The position numbers were made by a program, and so were the translations under genes. Positions 29,863-41,252 of a stretch of 64,000 nucleotides of DNA are shown here, in pieces. The number at the start of each line of letters is the position of its first letter. The first letter of the stretch is position 1. The notes under the pieces were generated by a model. It was not told where the DNA came from, did no database searches, and saw nothing but the letters and a program-made list of their open reading frames with translations. Source of the DNA: Bryobacterales bacterium. Its GTDB lineage: Bacteria; Acidobacteriota; Terriglobia; Bryobacterales; UBA6623. The stretch spans positions 384,001 to 448,000 of the forward strand of contig OY729427.2 in NCBI GenBank assembly GCA_963422375.2. The letters are read 5' to 3'.

Positions 29863-31098
29863 ATGCCCGCAAGACCGAAGAAAGTGGCCCTCGCCTACTC
29901 CGGCGGGCTCGACACCTCGATCATCATTCCCTGGCTGCGCGAGAACTACGGCGCGGAGGTCGTCGCGGTCTGCGGCGACGTCGGCCAGGGGCAGGGCGAG
30001 CTCGAGGGGCTCGCGGAGAAGGCCCGCGCCAGCGGAGCCTGCGAGGTCTACGTCGAGGACCTCCGCGAGGAATTCGTCCGCGACTACGTCTGGCCCGTCG
30101 TCCGCGCCGGCGCGGTGTACGAGCACAAGTACCTGCTCGGGACGTCGATCGCCCGGCCGCTGCTCGCCAAGCTGCAGGTCGAGGTCGCACTGCGGACGAA
30201 CTGCGACGCCCTCTCCCACGGGGCCACCGGCAAGGGCAATGACCAGGTCCGCTTCGAGCTCGCCTACAAGGCGCTCGCGCCGCGCCTGCCCGTGATCGCA
30301 CCGTGGCGCGAGTGGGAAATCGCCTCGCGCGAGGACGCCCTCGAATACGCCGCCCGCCACGGCATCCCCGTGCAGCAGAGCAAGGAGAAGATCTACAGCC
30401 GCGACGCGAACCTGTGGCATATCTCGCACGAGGGCGCGGAACTGGAAGATCCGGCCAACGCCCCGTCGGACAGGGTGTGGACACTGTCGGCCAGGCCCGA
30501 GGACGCACCCGCCGCAGGCGCCGAGGTAGCGATCGGCTTCGAGCTCGGCACGCCGGTCGCGCTGGACGGCGAGCGCCTCTCGGCGGCGAGCATCGTCGAG
30601 GCCCTCAACCGGACCGGCTGCGAGCACGGGATCGGCCGGATCGACCTGGTCGAGAACCGCTTCGTCGGCATGAAGTCGCGCGGGTGCTACGAGACACCGG
30701 CCGGCACGGTCCTGATGACGGCGCACCGCGAGCTCGAGGCGCTGGCGCTCGACCGCGCCACGCAGCACTACAAGCAGAAGATCGCCCTCGACTACGCCGA
30801 GCTGGTCTACGACGGGAAGTGGTTCACGCCCCTGCGGGAGGCGCTGGATGGCTTCGTCGAGCGGACTCAGCGGCACGTGACCGGCGAGATCCGGCTGCGC
30901 CTGCGCCAGGGGCGCATCGACGTGCTGAGCAGGACCTCGCCCCATTCCCTGTACGCCCCGGAGATCGCGAGCTTCACCATGGGCGATGAGTACGACCAGC
31001 GCGACGCGGCGGGCTTCATCAACCTGACCGGCCTACCCATCCGGGTGCATGCCTCCGTACGCGGGGGGCTCGACGCCGGGAAGGGCGACCGCCCGTGA
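29863..31098 (+). CDS. argG: Argininosuccinate synthase
   Basis: AYSGGLDTS, HGATGKGNDQVRFE and ENRFVGMKSRGCYETP. Confidence 0.98.
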   Translation: MPARPKKVALAYSGGLDTSIIIPWLRENYGAEVVAVCGDVGQGQGELEGLAEKARASGACEVYVEDLREEFVRDYVWPVVRAGAVYEHKYLLGTSIARPLLAKLQVEVALRTNCDALSHGATGKGNDQVRFELAYKALAPRLPVIAPWREWEIASREDALEYAARHGIPVQQSKEKIYSRDANLWHISHEGAELEDPANAPSDRVWTLSARPEDAPAAGAEVAIGFELGTPVALDGERLSAASIVEALNRTGCEHGIGRIDLVENRFVGMKSRGCYETPAGTVLMTAHRELEALALDRATQHYKQKIALDYAELVYDGKWFTPLREALDGFVERTQRHVTGEIRLRLRQGRIDVLSRTSPHSLYAPEIASFTMGDEYDQRDAAGFINLTGLPIRVHASVRGGLDAGKGDRP

Positions 31099-32492
31099 AG
31101 CTCTGGGGAGGGCGCTTCGAATCCGGGCCGTCCGAGATCTTCGAGAGGTACTCGGGCTCCCTGCGGTTCGACCGGAAACTGTTCGAGGCAGACGTGGCCG
31201 GGTCGAGGGCCTTCGCGAACGCCCTCGAGCGGGTGGGGATCCTGACCGTCGGCGAGCGCGACCGGATCCACGGCGCGTTCGACCGCATGGCGGCCGAGGC
31301 GGCGGCCCCGGGCTACTTCGACGCCGACGACGAGGACATCCACACCTTCGTGATCCGGAAACTCGGCGAGCAGGTCGGGGACCTCTCCGAGAAGATCCAC
31401 ACCGGGCGCAGCCGCAACGAGCAGGTCGCCACCGACATGCGCCTGTGGGCCAAAGGCGCGATCCGGCAGGTCCAGGGGCGCCTGGCGTCCCTGATGGGCT
31501 CGCTAGTGACGCTCGCCGAGCGCGAGTCCGAGGCCCTGCTGCCGGGATACACGCATCTCCGGCGCGCCCAGGCCGTCCTGTTCTCGCACTACCTCCTGGC
31601 GTACTTCGAGATGTTCCGCCGGGACTGGCAGCGGTTCCAGCAGGCCTACGAGCGCACCGACGTCTCGCCGCTGGGCTGCGGAGCGCTGGCCGGCAGCGGC
31701 TTCGCCTTCGACCGGGGCGAGATGGCCGCGGATCTGGGCTTCGCGCGGGTCGCCGACAACAGCCTCGACGCGGTGTCCGACCGCGACTTCGCGCTGGATT
31801 TCCTTTACGGCGCGTCCGTGACCATGCTGCACGCCAGCCGCATGGCCGAGGACTGGATCCTCTACAGCAGCGAGGAGTTCGCATTCCTGGAGCTGGGTGA
31901 CGAGGTCACCAGCGGCTCGAGCCTGATGCCCCAGAAGCGGAATCCCGACGCGCTCGAGCTGCTGCGTGGCAAGGCGGGCAGGGTCTGCGGCAGCCTGCAA
32001 GCCCTGATGATGACCCTGAAGGGCCTGCCCCTCGCCTACAACCGCGACCTGCAGGAGGACAAGGAGGGCGTGTTCGACGCCGCCGCCCAAGTGTCCGACT
32101 CGCTCGAGATGCTCGCGCTGTGCGTCGACTCGGCGCGCCTGCGCCCGCAGGAGATGGAGCGCGCCGCGGAGGACGGCTGGGTCTCGGCGACCGCGCTGGC
32201 CGAGACGCTCGCCCGAAGGGGTGTGCCGTTCCACCGGGCCCACCAGATCGTCGGCGGCATCGTCCTGCACAGCGCGCGCCATGGGAAGCGGCCCGGCGAC
32301 TGGAGCCTGCAGGACTTGCGCGAGTTCGCGCCCGAGCTCGACGCGGGTGCGATGGAGGCGATGGCGCCGCGCAACGCGATCGAGAACCACTCCCTGCCCG
32401 GAGGCACGGCCCGGGCGAGGGTGCGGGAAGCGCTCAACGTGGCCAAGCACCGCCTGGCGCGCCTCGACGGCGCTTCCGAACGCGGGACGTGA
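31095..32492 (+). CDS. argH: Argininosuccinate lyase
   Basis: LWGGRF, HTGRSRNEQ, PGYTHL and GSSLMPQKRNPD. Confidence 0.98.
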   Translation: MKLWGGRFESGPSEIFERYSGSLRFDRKLFEADVAGSRAFANALERVGILTVGERDRIHGAFDRMAAEAAAPGYFDADDEDIHTFVIRKLGEQVGDLSEKIHTGRSRNEQVATDMRLWAKGAIRQVQGRLASLMGSLVTLAERESEALLPGYTHLRRAQAVLFSHYLLAYFEMFRRDWQRFQQAYERTDVSPLGCGALAGSGFAFDRGEMAADLGFARVADNSLDAVSDRDFALDFLYGASVTMLHASRMAEDWILYSSEEFAFLELGDEVTSGSSLMPQKRNPDALELLRGKAGRVCGSLQALMMTLKGLPLAYNRDLQEDKEGVFDAAAQVSDSLEMLALCVDSARLRPQEMERAAEDGWVSATALAETLARRGVPFHRAHQIVGGIVLHSARHGKRPGDWSLQDLREFAPELDAGAMEAMAPRNAIENHSLPGGTARARVREALNVAKHRLARLDGASERGT

Positions 32493-32923
32493 AGGCGCGC
32501 AGGCAGCGGGAGATTATCGGGCTGGTCCGGTCCCGGCGCCTCCGCACCCAGGACGAGCTGTCGGCCGCGCTGGCCGAGCGGGCCATCGAAGCCAGCCAAG
32601 TGACACTGTCTAGGGACCTGCGCGAGCTGGGCATCGTGAAGGCGGCTACAGGCTACGTCGAGTCGAACCGCGCCGAGGACCGGTCCGCCGCCCTGCGGAG
32701 CCTAGCATCGATCGCCGCCCGGTTCCTCGTCAACGTCGGCACGGCGCAGAACCTGGTGGTCCTCCGCACCGTCCCGGGGGGCGCGAACGCGCTGGCCCAG
32801 CACCTCGACGAGGTCGAATGGCCCGAGATCGTCGGGACGATCGCCGGAGACGACACGATCTTCGTAGCGACCGCGGACGCCGCCGCGGCGTCGCGGGTGC
32901 GGGCGATGATCGACTCCCTCTGA
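32489..32923 (+). CDS. argR: Arginine repressor
   Basis: TQDEL, SQVTLSRDLRELG and GTIAGDDTIF. Confidence 0.95.
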   Translation: MKARRQREIIGLVRSRRLRTQDELSAALAERAIEASQVTLSRDLRELGIVKAATGYVESNRAEDRSAALRSLASIAARFLVNVGTAQNLVVLRTVPGGANALAQHLDEVEWPEIVGTIAGDDTIFVATADAAAASRVRAMIDSL

Positions 32924-33022
32924 GCGCGACGGCAGCGGCCCGGTCACGCGCCGGGGCCGCCAAGTGGGCTGGTATCCTAGCGGTTTCGGTCGGCGACGAG
33001 GCTCCGGGAAAGCAGGAACGGC

Positions 33023-33781
33023 ATGAGCAGCATTTCGCTCGACGGCCACGTGGCCGTGATCACCGGGGCCAGCAAGGGCCTCGGGCGGGAGATGGCGGAG
33101 GCGCTGGCCCAGGCCGGGGCGAAGGTCGTGCTCGCAGCCCGCAGCGAGTCGCTGCTCGGCGAGGTCGTCCAAGGCATCCGGGAGCGCGGGGGATCGGCCG
33201 AGTATGTCGTGGCGGACGTCACCGACGAGACCGCGGCCTCGGAGGTCGAGCACGCCGCGCAGGAAGCCTTCGGGACCTGCGACATCCTGATCAACAACGC
33301 CGGCATCAACAACCGCAAGGCGATCGAGGACATGTCGCTCGAGGAATGGCACGAGATCCTGGAGGTCAACCTCACCGGGCCGTTCGCGATGTCGCGCGCC
33401 ATCGTGCCCGGCATGAAAACGAAGCGGTGGGGGCGGATTATCAACATGACCTCGATCATGTCCCACGTCTCGCTGCCCAACCGCACGGGCTACTCGACGA
33501 CGAAAGCCGGCCTGCTCGGATTCACCCGGGCGCTCGCGCTCGAGCTCGCGCCGCACAACATCACCGTCAACGGCATCAGCCCCGGACCGTTCGCCACCGA
33601 GATGAACCGCCCCCTGATCGAGGATCCGGAAAAGAACCGGCAGTTCCTGTCGCGCCTGCCCGTGGGGCGCTGGGGACGGGTCGAGGAGATCGGCCAGCTG
33701 GCCGTCTACCTCTGCTCGGAGGGGGCCGGCTACGTGACCGGCACCGACTTGGTGATCGACGGAGGCTGGACGGCCCAATAG
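33023..33781 (+). CDS. SDR family oxidoreductase
   Basis: TGASKGLG, NNAG, YSTTK and DGGW. Confidence 0.92.
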   Translation: MSSISLDGHVAVITGASKGLGREMAEALAQAGAKVVLAARSESLLGEVVQGIRERGGSAEYVVADVTDETAASEVEHAAQEAFGTCDILINNAGINNRKAIEDMSLEEWHEILEVNLTGPFAMSRAIVPGMKTKRWGRIINMTSIMSHVSLPNRTGYSTTKAGLLGFTRALALELAPHNITVNGISPGPFATEMNRPLIEDPEKNRQFLSRLPVGRWGRVEEIGQLAVYLCSEGAGYVTGTDLVIDGGWTAQ

Positions 33782-33794
33782 CGTCGGCCCCGCG

Positions 33795-34481
33795 CTAGGC
33801 CCCGCCGGCGAGCCGCACGAAGCGGTAGCCGCGGTCTCTCAGGGCGGGCACGATCCGTCGCACGGCCTCCAGCGTCTCGGCACGGTCCGCCACCGGCAGC
33901 GCCCCGTGCCCGTCATGGAGGCAGACTATGCTCCTGCCGGAGGCCTTGGCCAGGACCCGCCGAGCGATGCGCGAGGCCTCCCACTTCCAGTCGTTGCCGA
34001 TCACCGACCAGTGAACGCCGGTCAGACCGAGTTCGGGCAGCAGGCGCCGCAGGCCCGGGGAGCGCAGCCCGAAGGGCGGGCGGAAGAGCGTCGGGCGGAC
34101 GCCCGTCGCGTCCAGAATCGCAGCCTGCGTCGCGACGATTTCCTCGCGCACGCGCCGGTAGGAGCACATCGGCAGAATCGGGTGGAAGTAGGTGTGATTG
34201 CCGATCGCGTGGCCGGCTTCCACGGTCGCCCGCGCCACCTCGGGGCGGCGGGCGACGTTCCGCCCGCACGCAAAAAAGGTCGCCTTGACTTCGAGCGCCT
34301 CGAGCTCGTCCAGAAAGCTAGGCGTCTCGTCGCTCGGACCGTCGTCGAACGTGAGCGCGATGTCGCGCGGTCCCGTCTGCAAGCGGCGCAAGCTGCCCCC
34401 CCAGCGCTGGCTGGAGGGCCAGGCCGCGGAATACGCCGCGTATGCCAAGGCGACAGCGGGAAGGGCGAGTGCCGACCACAC
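33795..34481 (-). CDS. Polysaccharide deacetylase (NodB domain)
   Basis: LTFDDGP, GNHTYFH, FRPPFG and LHDG. Confidence 0.9.
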   Translation of the reverse strand: MWSALALPAVALAYAAYSAAWPSSQRWGGSLRRLQTGPRDIALTFDDGPSDETPSFLDELEALEVKATFFACGRNVARRPEVARATVEAGHAIGNHTYFHPILPMCSYRRVREEIVATQAAILDATGVRPTLFRPPFGLRSPGLRRLLPELGLTGVHWSVIGNDWKWEASRIARRVLAKASGRSIVCLHDGHGALPVADRAETLEAVRRIVPALRDRGYRFVRLAGGA

Positions 34482-34612
34482 GCTTCGGATTCTAGCGGCC
34501 GCGCGCGCCCGGCCGGCGGACCGCGGGGGGGGCCTCCGGGCGGTTGAGGACGGGCTCCGCAGCCCCCTATACTTATACGTTCAAGCTTTGGCCACGGGCG
34601 GGATGCATCGAC

Positions 34613-34891
34613 GTGCCACAACAGAAGAGAAGGCAGAGCGACGAAGGCTACCACTCCCCGCAGGCCGAGGCGGCCTTGTTCTTCGGCATGTTCCTGCGAG
34701 GGCATTCCGCGGACGCTCTCAGGAAGCAGATCGACATCCCGCAGGGGCTCTTCTCGAAATGGATGCGGGCCCGCGAGTACGACCAAGAGTTTCGCGAGCA
34801 GCTGCGGGAACTGTACGTCTACCGCAAGCAGGTGCTGGCCATCTTCGACTCGCTCGTGTCGACGTCTCAGGCTCAGAGCGCGTGGCAGTGA
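34613..34891 (+). CDS. Small hypothetical protein upstream of acs
   Basis: Compact, protein-like ORF co-oriented with acs; no recognisable motif; start uncertain. Confidence 0.6.
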   Translation: MPQQKRRQSDEGYHSPQAEAALFFGMFLRGHSADALRKQIDIPQGLFSKWMRAREYDQEFREQLRELYVYRKQVLAIFDSLVSTSQAQSAWQ

Positions 34892-34930
34892 GCGCGCCCA
34901 GGGCCGAGTCACAGCGAAAGGAAGTCTTCC

Positions 34931-36856
34931 ATGGCCTTGTACCACCCCAACGATGAATTCGTCGCCCGGGCCAACGTGCAGGGGCGCGACGCCCGCGAGG
35001 ATTTGGTCGCCCGGGCCGCCGCCGATTCGGAAGAATTCTGGAGCGGTCTAGCCGAGACGGAACTGCACTGGTTCCGCAAATGGGACACCGTGCTGGACGA
35101 TTCCGGCGCGCCTTTCTTCAAGTGGTTCGTCGGCGGGCGGACCAACATGTCCTACAACTGCCTCGACAGGCACTGCGAAACGTGGCGCAAGAATCGCGCT
35201 GCGATCATCTGGGAGGGCGAGCCCGGGGACCAGCGCATCCTGACCTACCAAGAGCTGCTGCGGGCCGTCAAGCGTTTCGGCAGCGTGCTGCGGCGGCAGG
35301 GTTTCGGTGCGGGAGACCGGGCCATCCTATACATGCCTATGGTGCCCGAGCTGCCCGTGGCGATGCTGGCCTGCGCGCGCTTGGGGATCGCCCACAGCGT
35401 CGTGTTCGCGGGGTTCTCGGCCGAGGCGCTCAAGACGCGCATCCAAGACCTCGACGCGGGCCTGGTAGTCACCGCCGACGGCGGCTGGCGACGCGGGAAG
35501 GTCGTTCCCCTGAAGCCAGCTGTCGACGAGGCCCTCGAGGAGTGCCCCGGCGTCCGGAGCGTGATCGTCTACCGGCGGGCCGGGAACGAGATCTTCATTC
35601 AGCCCGGACGGGACGCGTGGTGGCACGAGCTGGACACGGACGCGACCGAGGACTGCCCGGCGGCGGAGCTCGACTCCGAGCATCCCCTGTACGTGCTCTA
35701 TACCTCAGGCACGACCGGGCGGCCCAAGGGCATCGTCCACACGACAGGCGGCTACCAGCTGCAAGTTTCCATGGCGATGCGCTGGGTGTTCGACATCAAG
35801 GACGACGACACCTACTGGTGCGCGGCGGATATCGGCTGGGTGACGGGCCACAGCTACATCGTGTACGGTCCGCTGCTGGTCGGCACCACCACGGTGATGT
35901 ACGAGGGAGCGCCGGACTTCCCCGGGCCGGACCGGTTCTGGCGCATCGTGGACAAGTACAGGGTTAACGTGTTCTACACGTCCCCGACCGCTATCCGGGC
36001 GTTCATCAAGTTCGGCGACGCTCATCCGGGCAGGCACGACCTCTCGAGCCTGCGCCTGCTGGGATCGGTCGGGGAGCCCATCAACCCGTCGGCCTGGGAA
36101 TGGTATCACCGCGTGATCGGCGGGGACCGGTGTCCCATCGTGGACACGTGGTGGCAGACCGAGACCGGGTCGATCATGATCTCGCCTCTGCCCGGAGCGA
36201 CAGCTCTCAAGCCCGGGTCCGGGACGTTCCCGCTGCCGGGCATCGACGCCGACGTGGTTGACATGGAGGGCAACTCGGTCCGGCCGGGCGGCGAGGGCTA
36301 CTTGGTAGTGCGCAAGCCGTGGCCCTCGATGTTCCGCACGTTGTGGGGCGATCCGGACAGGTTCCGCGAGACCTACTGGAGCCAGATCCCCGGCCTGTAC
36401 TTCGTCGGGGACGCTGCCCGTCGCGACGAAGACGGCTATTTCTGGATTCTCGGACGGGTCGACGACGTGATGAACGTGAGCGGCCATCGCCTCTCCACGG
36501 CCGAGCTCGAGTCGATGCTGGTGCGGCACGAGGCCGTGGCGGAAGCCGCGGTCGTCGGCGTCCCGGACGAGCTGACCGGCCAAGCCGTGATCGCCTTCGT
36601 CACGCCGATTCAAGGCCACGAGCCGACCGACGAGCTCGCCGCGGGCCTGCGCGACTGGATCGCCCAGCAGATCGGCAAGTTCGCCCGGCCCAAGCAGATT
36701 CGGTTCAGCGACGCCCTTCCCAAGACCCGCTCGGGCAAGATCATGCGACGGCTGCTGCGCGAGATCGTAACCACGCATACGGTGAGCGGCGACATAACCA
36801 CGCTCGAGGACCTCTCGGTGATCGAGCGTCTCTCGGCGCAGCAGGGCGAGGACTAG
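34931..36856 (+). CDS. acs: Acetyl-CoA synthetase
   Basis: [29 protein letters not shown] and [12 protein letters not shown]. Confidence 0.97.
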   Translation: MALYHPNDEFVARANVQGRDAREDLVARAAADSEEFWSGLAETELHWFRKWDTVLDDSGAPFFKWFVGGRTNMSYNCLDRHCETWRKNRAAIIWEGEPGDQRILTYQELLRAVKRFGSVLRRQGFGAGDRAILYMPMVPELPVAMLACARLGIAHSVVFAGFSAEALKTRIQDLDAGLVVTADGGWRRGKVVPLKPAVDEALEECPGVRSVIVYRRAGNEIFIQPGRDAWWHELDTDATEDCPAAELDSEHPLYVLYTSGTTGRPKGIVHTTGGYQLQVSMAMRWVFDIKDDDTYWCAADIGWVTGHSYIVYGPLLVGTTTVMYEGAPDFPGPDRFWRIVDKYRVNVFYTSPTAIRAFIKFGDAHPGRHDLSSLRLLGSVGEPINPSAWEWYHRVIGGDRCPIVDTWWQTETGSIMISPLPGATALKPGSGTFPLPGIDADVVDMEGNSVRPGGEGYLVVRKPWPSMFRTLWGDPDRFRETYWSQIPGLYFVGDAARRDEDGYFWILGRVDDVMNVSGHRLSTAELESMLVRHEAVAEAAVVGVPDELTGQAVIAFVTPIQGHEPTDELAAGLRDWIAQQIGKFARPKQIRFSDALPKTRSGKIMRRLLREIVTTHTVSGDITTLEDLSVIERLSAQQGED

Positions 36857-36994
36857 AAGGAGGCGCCCCGCACGCGGTTGCGAATGAAAGGCAGCTAGGC
36901 ACTTGCGGGGCGGGCCTGTCTCGCGAGGCAATCGAGAGCGCTGCCTACCGGCCAGGGCTGCATGCGCGGGTGCGCCGTAACGGAAGGACGAGGC

Positions 36995-37390
36995 TTGACA
37001 GGGTATTCCGTCGATCACGCCCTTGCGGGCCTTGACGCCGAGCTTCCGGCGATCGCCACTTGGGCCAATCCGTACAAGCAACGGGGATTCCAGGTTGAGA
37101 TCGAGTCCAGGGAATTCACTTCCGTGTGCCCTAAGACAGGCTTGCCCGACTTCGGGACCGTGCGGCTTGTGTACCAGCCAGCGGAGAGGTGCGTGGAGCT
37201 CAAGTCGTTCAAGCTCTACCTGCTAGAGTACCGCAACCTGCCGATCTTCCAAGAGAATGCGGTGAATCGGATTCTCGAGGACATAGTGGAAGCTGCGCAG
37301 CCTACAAGCGCACGGGTCGAGGGGCACTTCAACGCCCGCGGGGGGCTGACAACGTCGGTCACGGCCCGGCACCCTGCCCCAAGCGCGTAG
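36995..37390 (+). CDS. queF: preQ0 reductase QueF (type I)
   Basis: EFTSVCPKTGLPDFG, VELKSFKLYL and FNARGG; start uncertain. Confidence 0.9.
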   Translation: MTGYSVDHALAGLDAELPAIATWANPYKQRGFQVEIESREFTSVCPKTGLPDFGTVRLVYQPAERCVELKSFKLYLLEYRNLPIFQENAVNRILEDIVEAAQPTSARVEGHFNARGGLTTSVTARHPAPSA

Positions 37391-37451
37391 GTCCCTAGGA
37401 AAGACGGGCGGGTCCCGCTGGAAGCAAGCCTGTCGAAGGACCGGTCTCCTC

Positions 37452-38841
37452 TCAAGGCGAAGATTTGGCTGGAATGCTACGACTAGTCCGAAATCCTGGC
37501 GATTCTGGGTAGAGGGCGGAAATCTTCGCGATTGGCGGTTGAGCAACTTCCGACTTTGGACCTTATATGTTGTGTTTGGAGCTCCATCTGACTTCAGGAT
37601 GTAGTATGGAATGCTGGTCGCGTCAGAATTCAGGGCGCCCATTCAACTCCGAAGTGCGACACGCGGGTAAGGGGCGGTGGGCTGGGATACTAGGACCACA
37701 GTAGCAGATCCAGCGGCGCCGGACAAGCCGCTGCCGGGCCGAAGCGGGGGGGCCGCGTCCCTGTCCCCGCGGCGGGCTGCCAGCCCTGCCTCAGCCCCGC
37801 GGCACCCGCTCCCGCTCCGCCAGGAAGACTTCCTCCGGCGTGCGCCCGCCCGGCACCTTCCGCGGACGCCGGTTCAGGCGGTCCCGCGCCTCCCGCACCC
37901 GGGCCGGGTCCACCCGCCGCAGGTCCGTCCCCTGCGGGAAGTACTGCCGCAGCAGCCCGTTGGCATGCTCGTTCAGCCCGCGCTCCCAGGAGTGGCAGGG
38001 CCGCGCGCAGTAGAAGCCCGCCCCCAGCCGCTGCGCCACCTCCCGGTGCCTCCCGGTGCCCCGCGAACTCCTTGCCGTTGTCGGCCGTGATCGTGTGCGT
38101 CACGACCCCGCTCCCTGCGAGCATGGCCGTCATCGCCGCCCCGACCAGCTGCGCCGTGCGCCGGCTAACCGGCTGCACTAGCAGGTACTTAGAGAACCGG
38201 TCCACCAGCGTCACCAGCGCCCCGCGGCGCTGCCCGCCGATCACGGTGTCGGCCTCCCGGTCGCCGACGCGCGCCTGCGCTCGCGCCTCCGCCGGGCGCT
38301 CCGCGATGTCCACGCGCCCCGGGATCAGGCCGCGGCCCGCCGTCCGGCCGACCCGCCGGACGCGCTTGCGGCCGTCCGGCCTCAGGTGCCGGTACAGCCG
38401 GCTCCCCTGTCGCCGCTCCGCGCGCACCAGCTGGTAGATCCGTTCAGGGCTGATCTCCAGCGCCCCTTCCCGCTTCAGCCGCGCCGCGACCTGCTCCGGG
38501 CTCCTGCTCCGGGCTCCAGTCCTGCCGCAGGCAGTCCTCGCTCCGCGTCCGCAGCGCCGACGTCAGCTGGCGCGGCCGGCACGACGCCGCGCGCCGCCGC
38601 CGCTCCGCGCGCTCCTGCGCGCTCCCCAGCCCGCCGCCCGCAGCGTCTCGCTCCGGCAGCGCTCCTCCTGCGTCACGTGCGTGTAGCTCTTCGGCATCCG
38701 CCTCCCTGCTCCTTCCAGCACCTACCAGCCTACTGCCGCGACACCACCGCTCGCTGCCCCCCCTCTCCCCTCCCTGCCATCTTGTGGCTCGGCGCGTGTC
38801 GCACTTCGGAGTTGAATGGGCGGGGGTTTTGTCACAAGCAC
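37452..38841. mobile_element. 255-bp MITE, copy 3: left end missing and split by IS30
   Basis: 37452-37635 matches the MITE interior; after the IS30 the sequence resumes GGGGTTTTGTCACAAGCAC followed by TATATA. Confidence 0.85.
37636..38822 (-). mobile_element. IS30-family element, copy 1, defective
   Basis: 30-bp TIR CGCCCATTCAACTCCGAAGTGCGACACGCG, GGG duplication; transposase with deletions and frameshifts (EADTVIG, ADNGKEF, WERGLNE). Confidence 0.92.
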
Positions 38842-40189
38842 TATATATCTGAGTGCGGACGACGCCATATCCGGCTAGAACTGCTCTGTTTGGGGACGTC
38901 GTCGTCTAGCTCGGGTCTTTCGTGTGCGACCGAGGTGGGCACCGAAAGGTCGGTTCGTATCTGAATCGCGCCGGCAAGCGGATTTGGCGGCGCACGGACT
39001 AGAGAGGCCGCCTCGGGCGCCCCCGTGGAGCCCGGTTTGCCGTGGGGAGGCTCCCCTGCCAGACCGGCTGCCTGTAGGAATTGTCCGGGCTGGACACCGG
39101 TCACTGCGCGGGATTCCGGGTCCGGAGCGCCCTTCGCACCGAGCGTGAAGAGGACCGCAGCTGACCGGCTAGGCCGTGCTCGGGCCGCGACCGCGGCCTT
39201 GCCGACCAGTTGCCGGTAGGTCAGCGTCCGGCCGACCAGGCCCCGCGCCATGCGCCGCATCCGTTCCGCCGTGTCGCAGTTGCGGGCGTTGCACCGTCCC
39301 GTGAACTCCGTGAGGTAGCGGCCCAAGTGACGGACGCTCATCCGGTGATAGGTTCCGTAGAAGCCGCGCTTGAACAGGGACCGGAACGACTCGATGCCGT
39401 TCGTATGCGCTGCCCCGCGCACGTACTCGCCGCCGGAGTGCTTGACGCCCTCGTGCGCGAACTCCGCCATGCCGGCGTAGGCCGCCGCCTCGTCGGAGCG
39501 GACTTGCGCGCCCGGGGCGACCCGGTCGCGGCCGGGCGGCCACTTCGTTCGTGGCGCGGTCCCGCGCGCCCGCCACCGGGGTCTTGCCGACGGGCCCGCG
39601 CCCGGCACGGGCCTTCTTGCTCTCGTGCTTGTTGCGCTCCTTGCCGCCGACGTAGATCTCGTCCACTTCCACCGGGCCGACGAACAGGTCCCGGTCCCGC
39701 TCCCGGCACGCGCGGATGCGGTGCGCCAGGTGCCAGGCCGACTTCCGGCTGATGCCCGGGTCGCGGTGCAGCTTCATGCTGGAGACGCCCTTAATGCCGG
39801 TGGTCAGCAGGAACATGGTGATGCCCCAGACACGGTAGCCGAGCTTGGTGTCGGCCATCACGCTGCCGGTGCGCACGGTAAAGCGCTTGCCGCAGCCGCG
39901 GCAACGGTACGGCATCGAAGGGTGGGCCGCGTCGGACTGCACGCTGGAGCCGCGGCAGCGGGGGCACGCGGGACCGTCCGGCCAGCGCACGGAGGCGAAC
40001 CATTTTTCCGCGGATTTGTCATCGGGGAACATGGCGATCACTTCGATCAAGGTGATGCCTTTACAAAACCACTTTCCGGGACATTTCTGCTTAAATTTCT
40101 TCGATTAATACCTCCTATATTGGAACTATTGTATCAAGAAACTCGACCGAATTTCAACAGAGATCCGGAAGAAATATCAAATTCATTTA
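38842..40189 (-). mobile_element. IS1595-family element A, defective; one end hit by the MITE, the other replaced by another IS
   Basis: Zn ribbon CPRC..CRGC, KGVSSMKLHR, VEVDEIYVGG, HTNGIESF and RYLTEF; frameshift or deletion near 39540. Confidence 0.88.
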
Positions 40190-41231
40190 CCTGATTACCA
40201 ACGAACGTCAGCCGAGGATATGCTATACTGAAGGAGATCGGAAATCTCTGACAGGAAAGGGGCTAGCAGCTGAAACGCAATCGCGTGCAATTCCAGAAGG
40301 GACTCAGCCTGGGCAAGTTCCTGCAGCGCTACGGCAGCGAGGGGCAATGCGAGCAGGCCGTCTGCAACGCCCGCTGGCCGGACGGCTTCCGCTGCCCGGA
40401 GTGCGGCTCCCGCCGGCACTGCCGCATTTGCTCCCGCAAGCTCTGGCAGTGCCATGCCTGCCACCGCCGGACCTCCCTCGTCGCCGGCACGATCTTCGCC
40501 GCCACCCAGCTGCCGCTGACCGTCCGGTTGCTGGCGCTCCACCTGCTGACGCAGGGCCAGCACGGCGTTTCGTCGCTGGAACTGGCGCGGCAGCCGGGGG
40601 TCAGCCGGAACACGGCCTGGAAGATGAAGCACAAGCTCTTGCAAGTGATGAAGGAGCGCGACGAGCGCGTGCCGCCGGGCGGCATCGTGCAGGTGGACGA
40701 CGCCTACTGGGGCGGGGAGCGGAGCGGCGGCCAGCGCGGGCGCGGCGCGGCGGGCAAGACGCCGTTCGTCGCCGCCGTGCAGGTCACCGCCGCCGGCCAG
40801 CCGGCAAGGATGCGCCTGAGCAGCGTGGCCAGCGTGGCGGGCTTGCGCAAGAAGACGCTGGCAGCGTGGGCCGGGCGGCACTTGCAGCCCGGCACGGAGG
40901 TGCATTCCGACGGCTTGGCCTGCTTCCGGGGCGTGGCCGACGCCGGCTGCGAGCACGTGCCGACCGTCACCGGAGGCGGGCAGCGGAGCTGCGCGGATTC
41001 CCGCTTCGTCCGGGTCAACACGATGCTGGCGAACGTCAAGCAGTCCCTGGCGGGAACCTGCCATGCGCTCGACGGCAAGCACCTGCCGCGGTACCTCGCC
41101 GAGTTCCGCTACCGCTTCAACCGCCGCTACGATCTGGAGGCGCTGGTCCCCCGCCTGCTCCACGCCTCCGTGCGCACCCCGCCCATGCCTTACCGCCTCC
41201 TAACCCTGGCTGAGTCTTGTGGGTAATCAGG
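40190..41231 (+). mobile_element. IS1595-family element (CCTGATT ends), transposase ORF 40285-41226
   Basis: TIR CCTGATTACC/GGTAATCAGG; QFQKGLSL, CPEC, VQVDDAY, HSDG and RYLAEFRYRFNRR; expected start appears mutated to CTG; no TSD visible. Confidence 0.9.
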
Positions 41232-41252
41232 ATCTTCATTGAGGAACCGCCC

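Noticed and set aside
36857..36994. preQ1 riboswitch before queF
   Set aside because: The preQ1-I stem, loop and A-rich tail are not present.
38990..39010. Group I or group II intron identity for the IS1595 downstream element
   Set aside because: GACTAGA appears in only one copy, and no group I P7 partner or group II domain V is recognisable.
41231..41243. CTTCATTGAGG as the 3' end of a type I-G repeat
   Set aside because: It is on the wrong strand for the operon, has no upstream hairpin, and doubles as the RBS region of the ISNCY relic.
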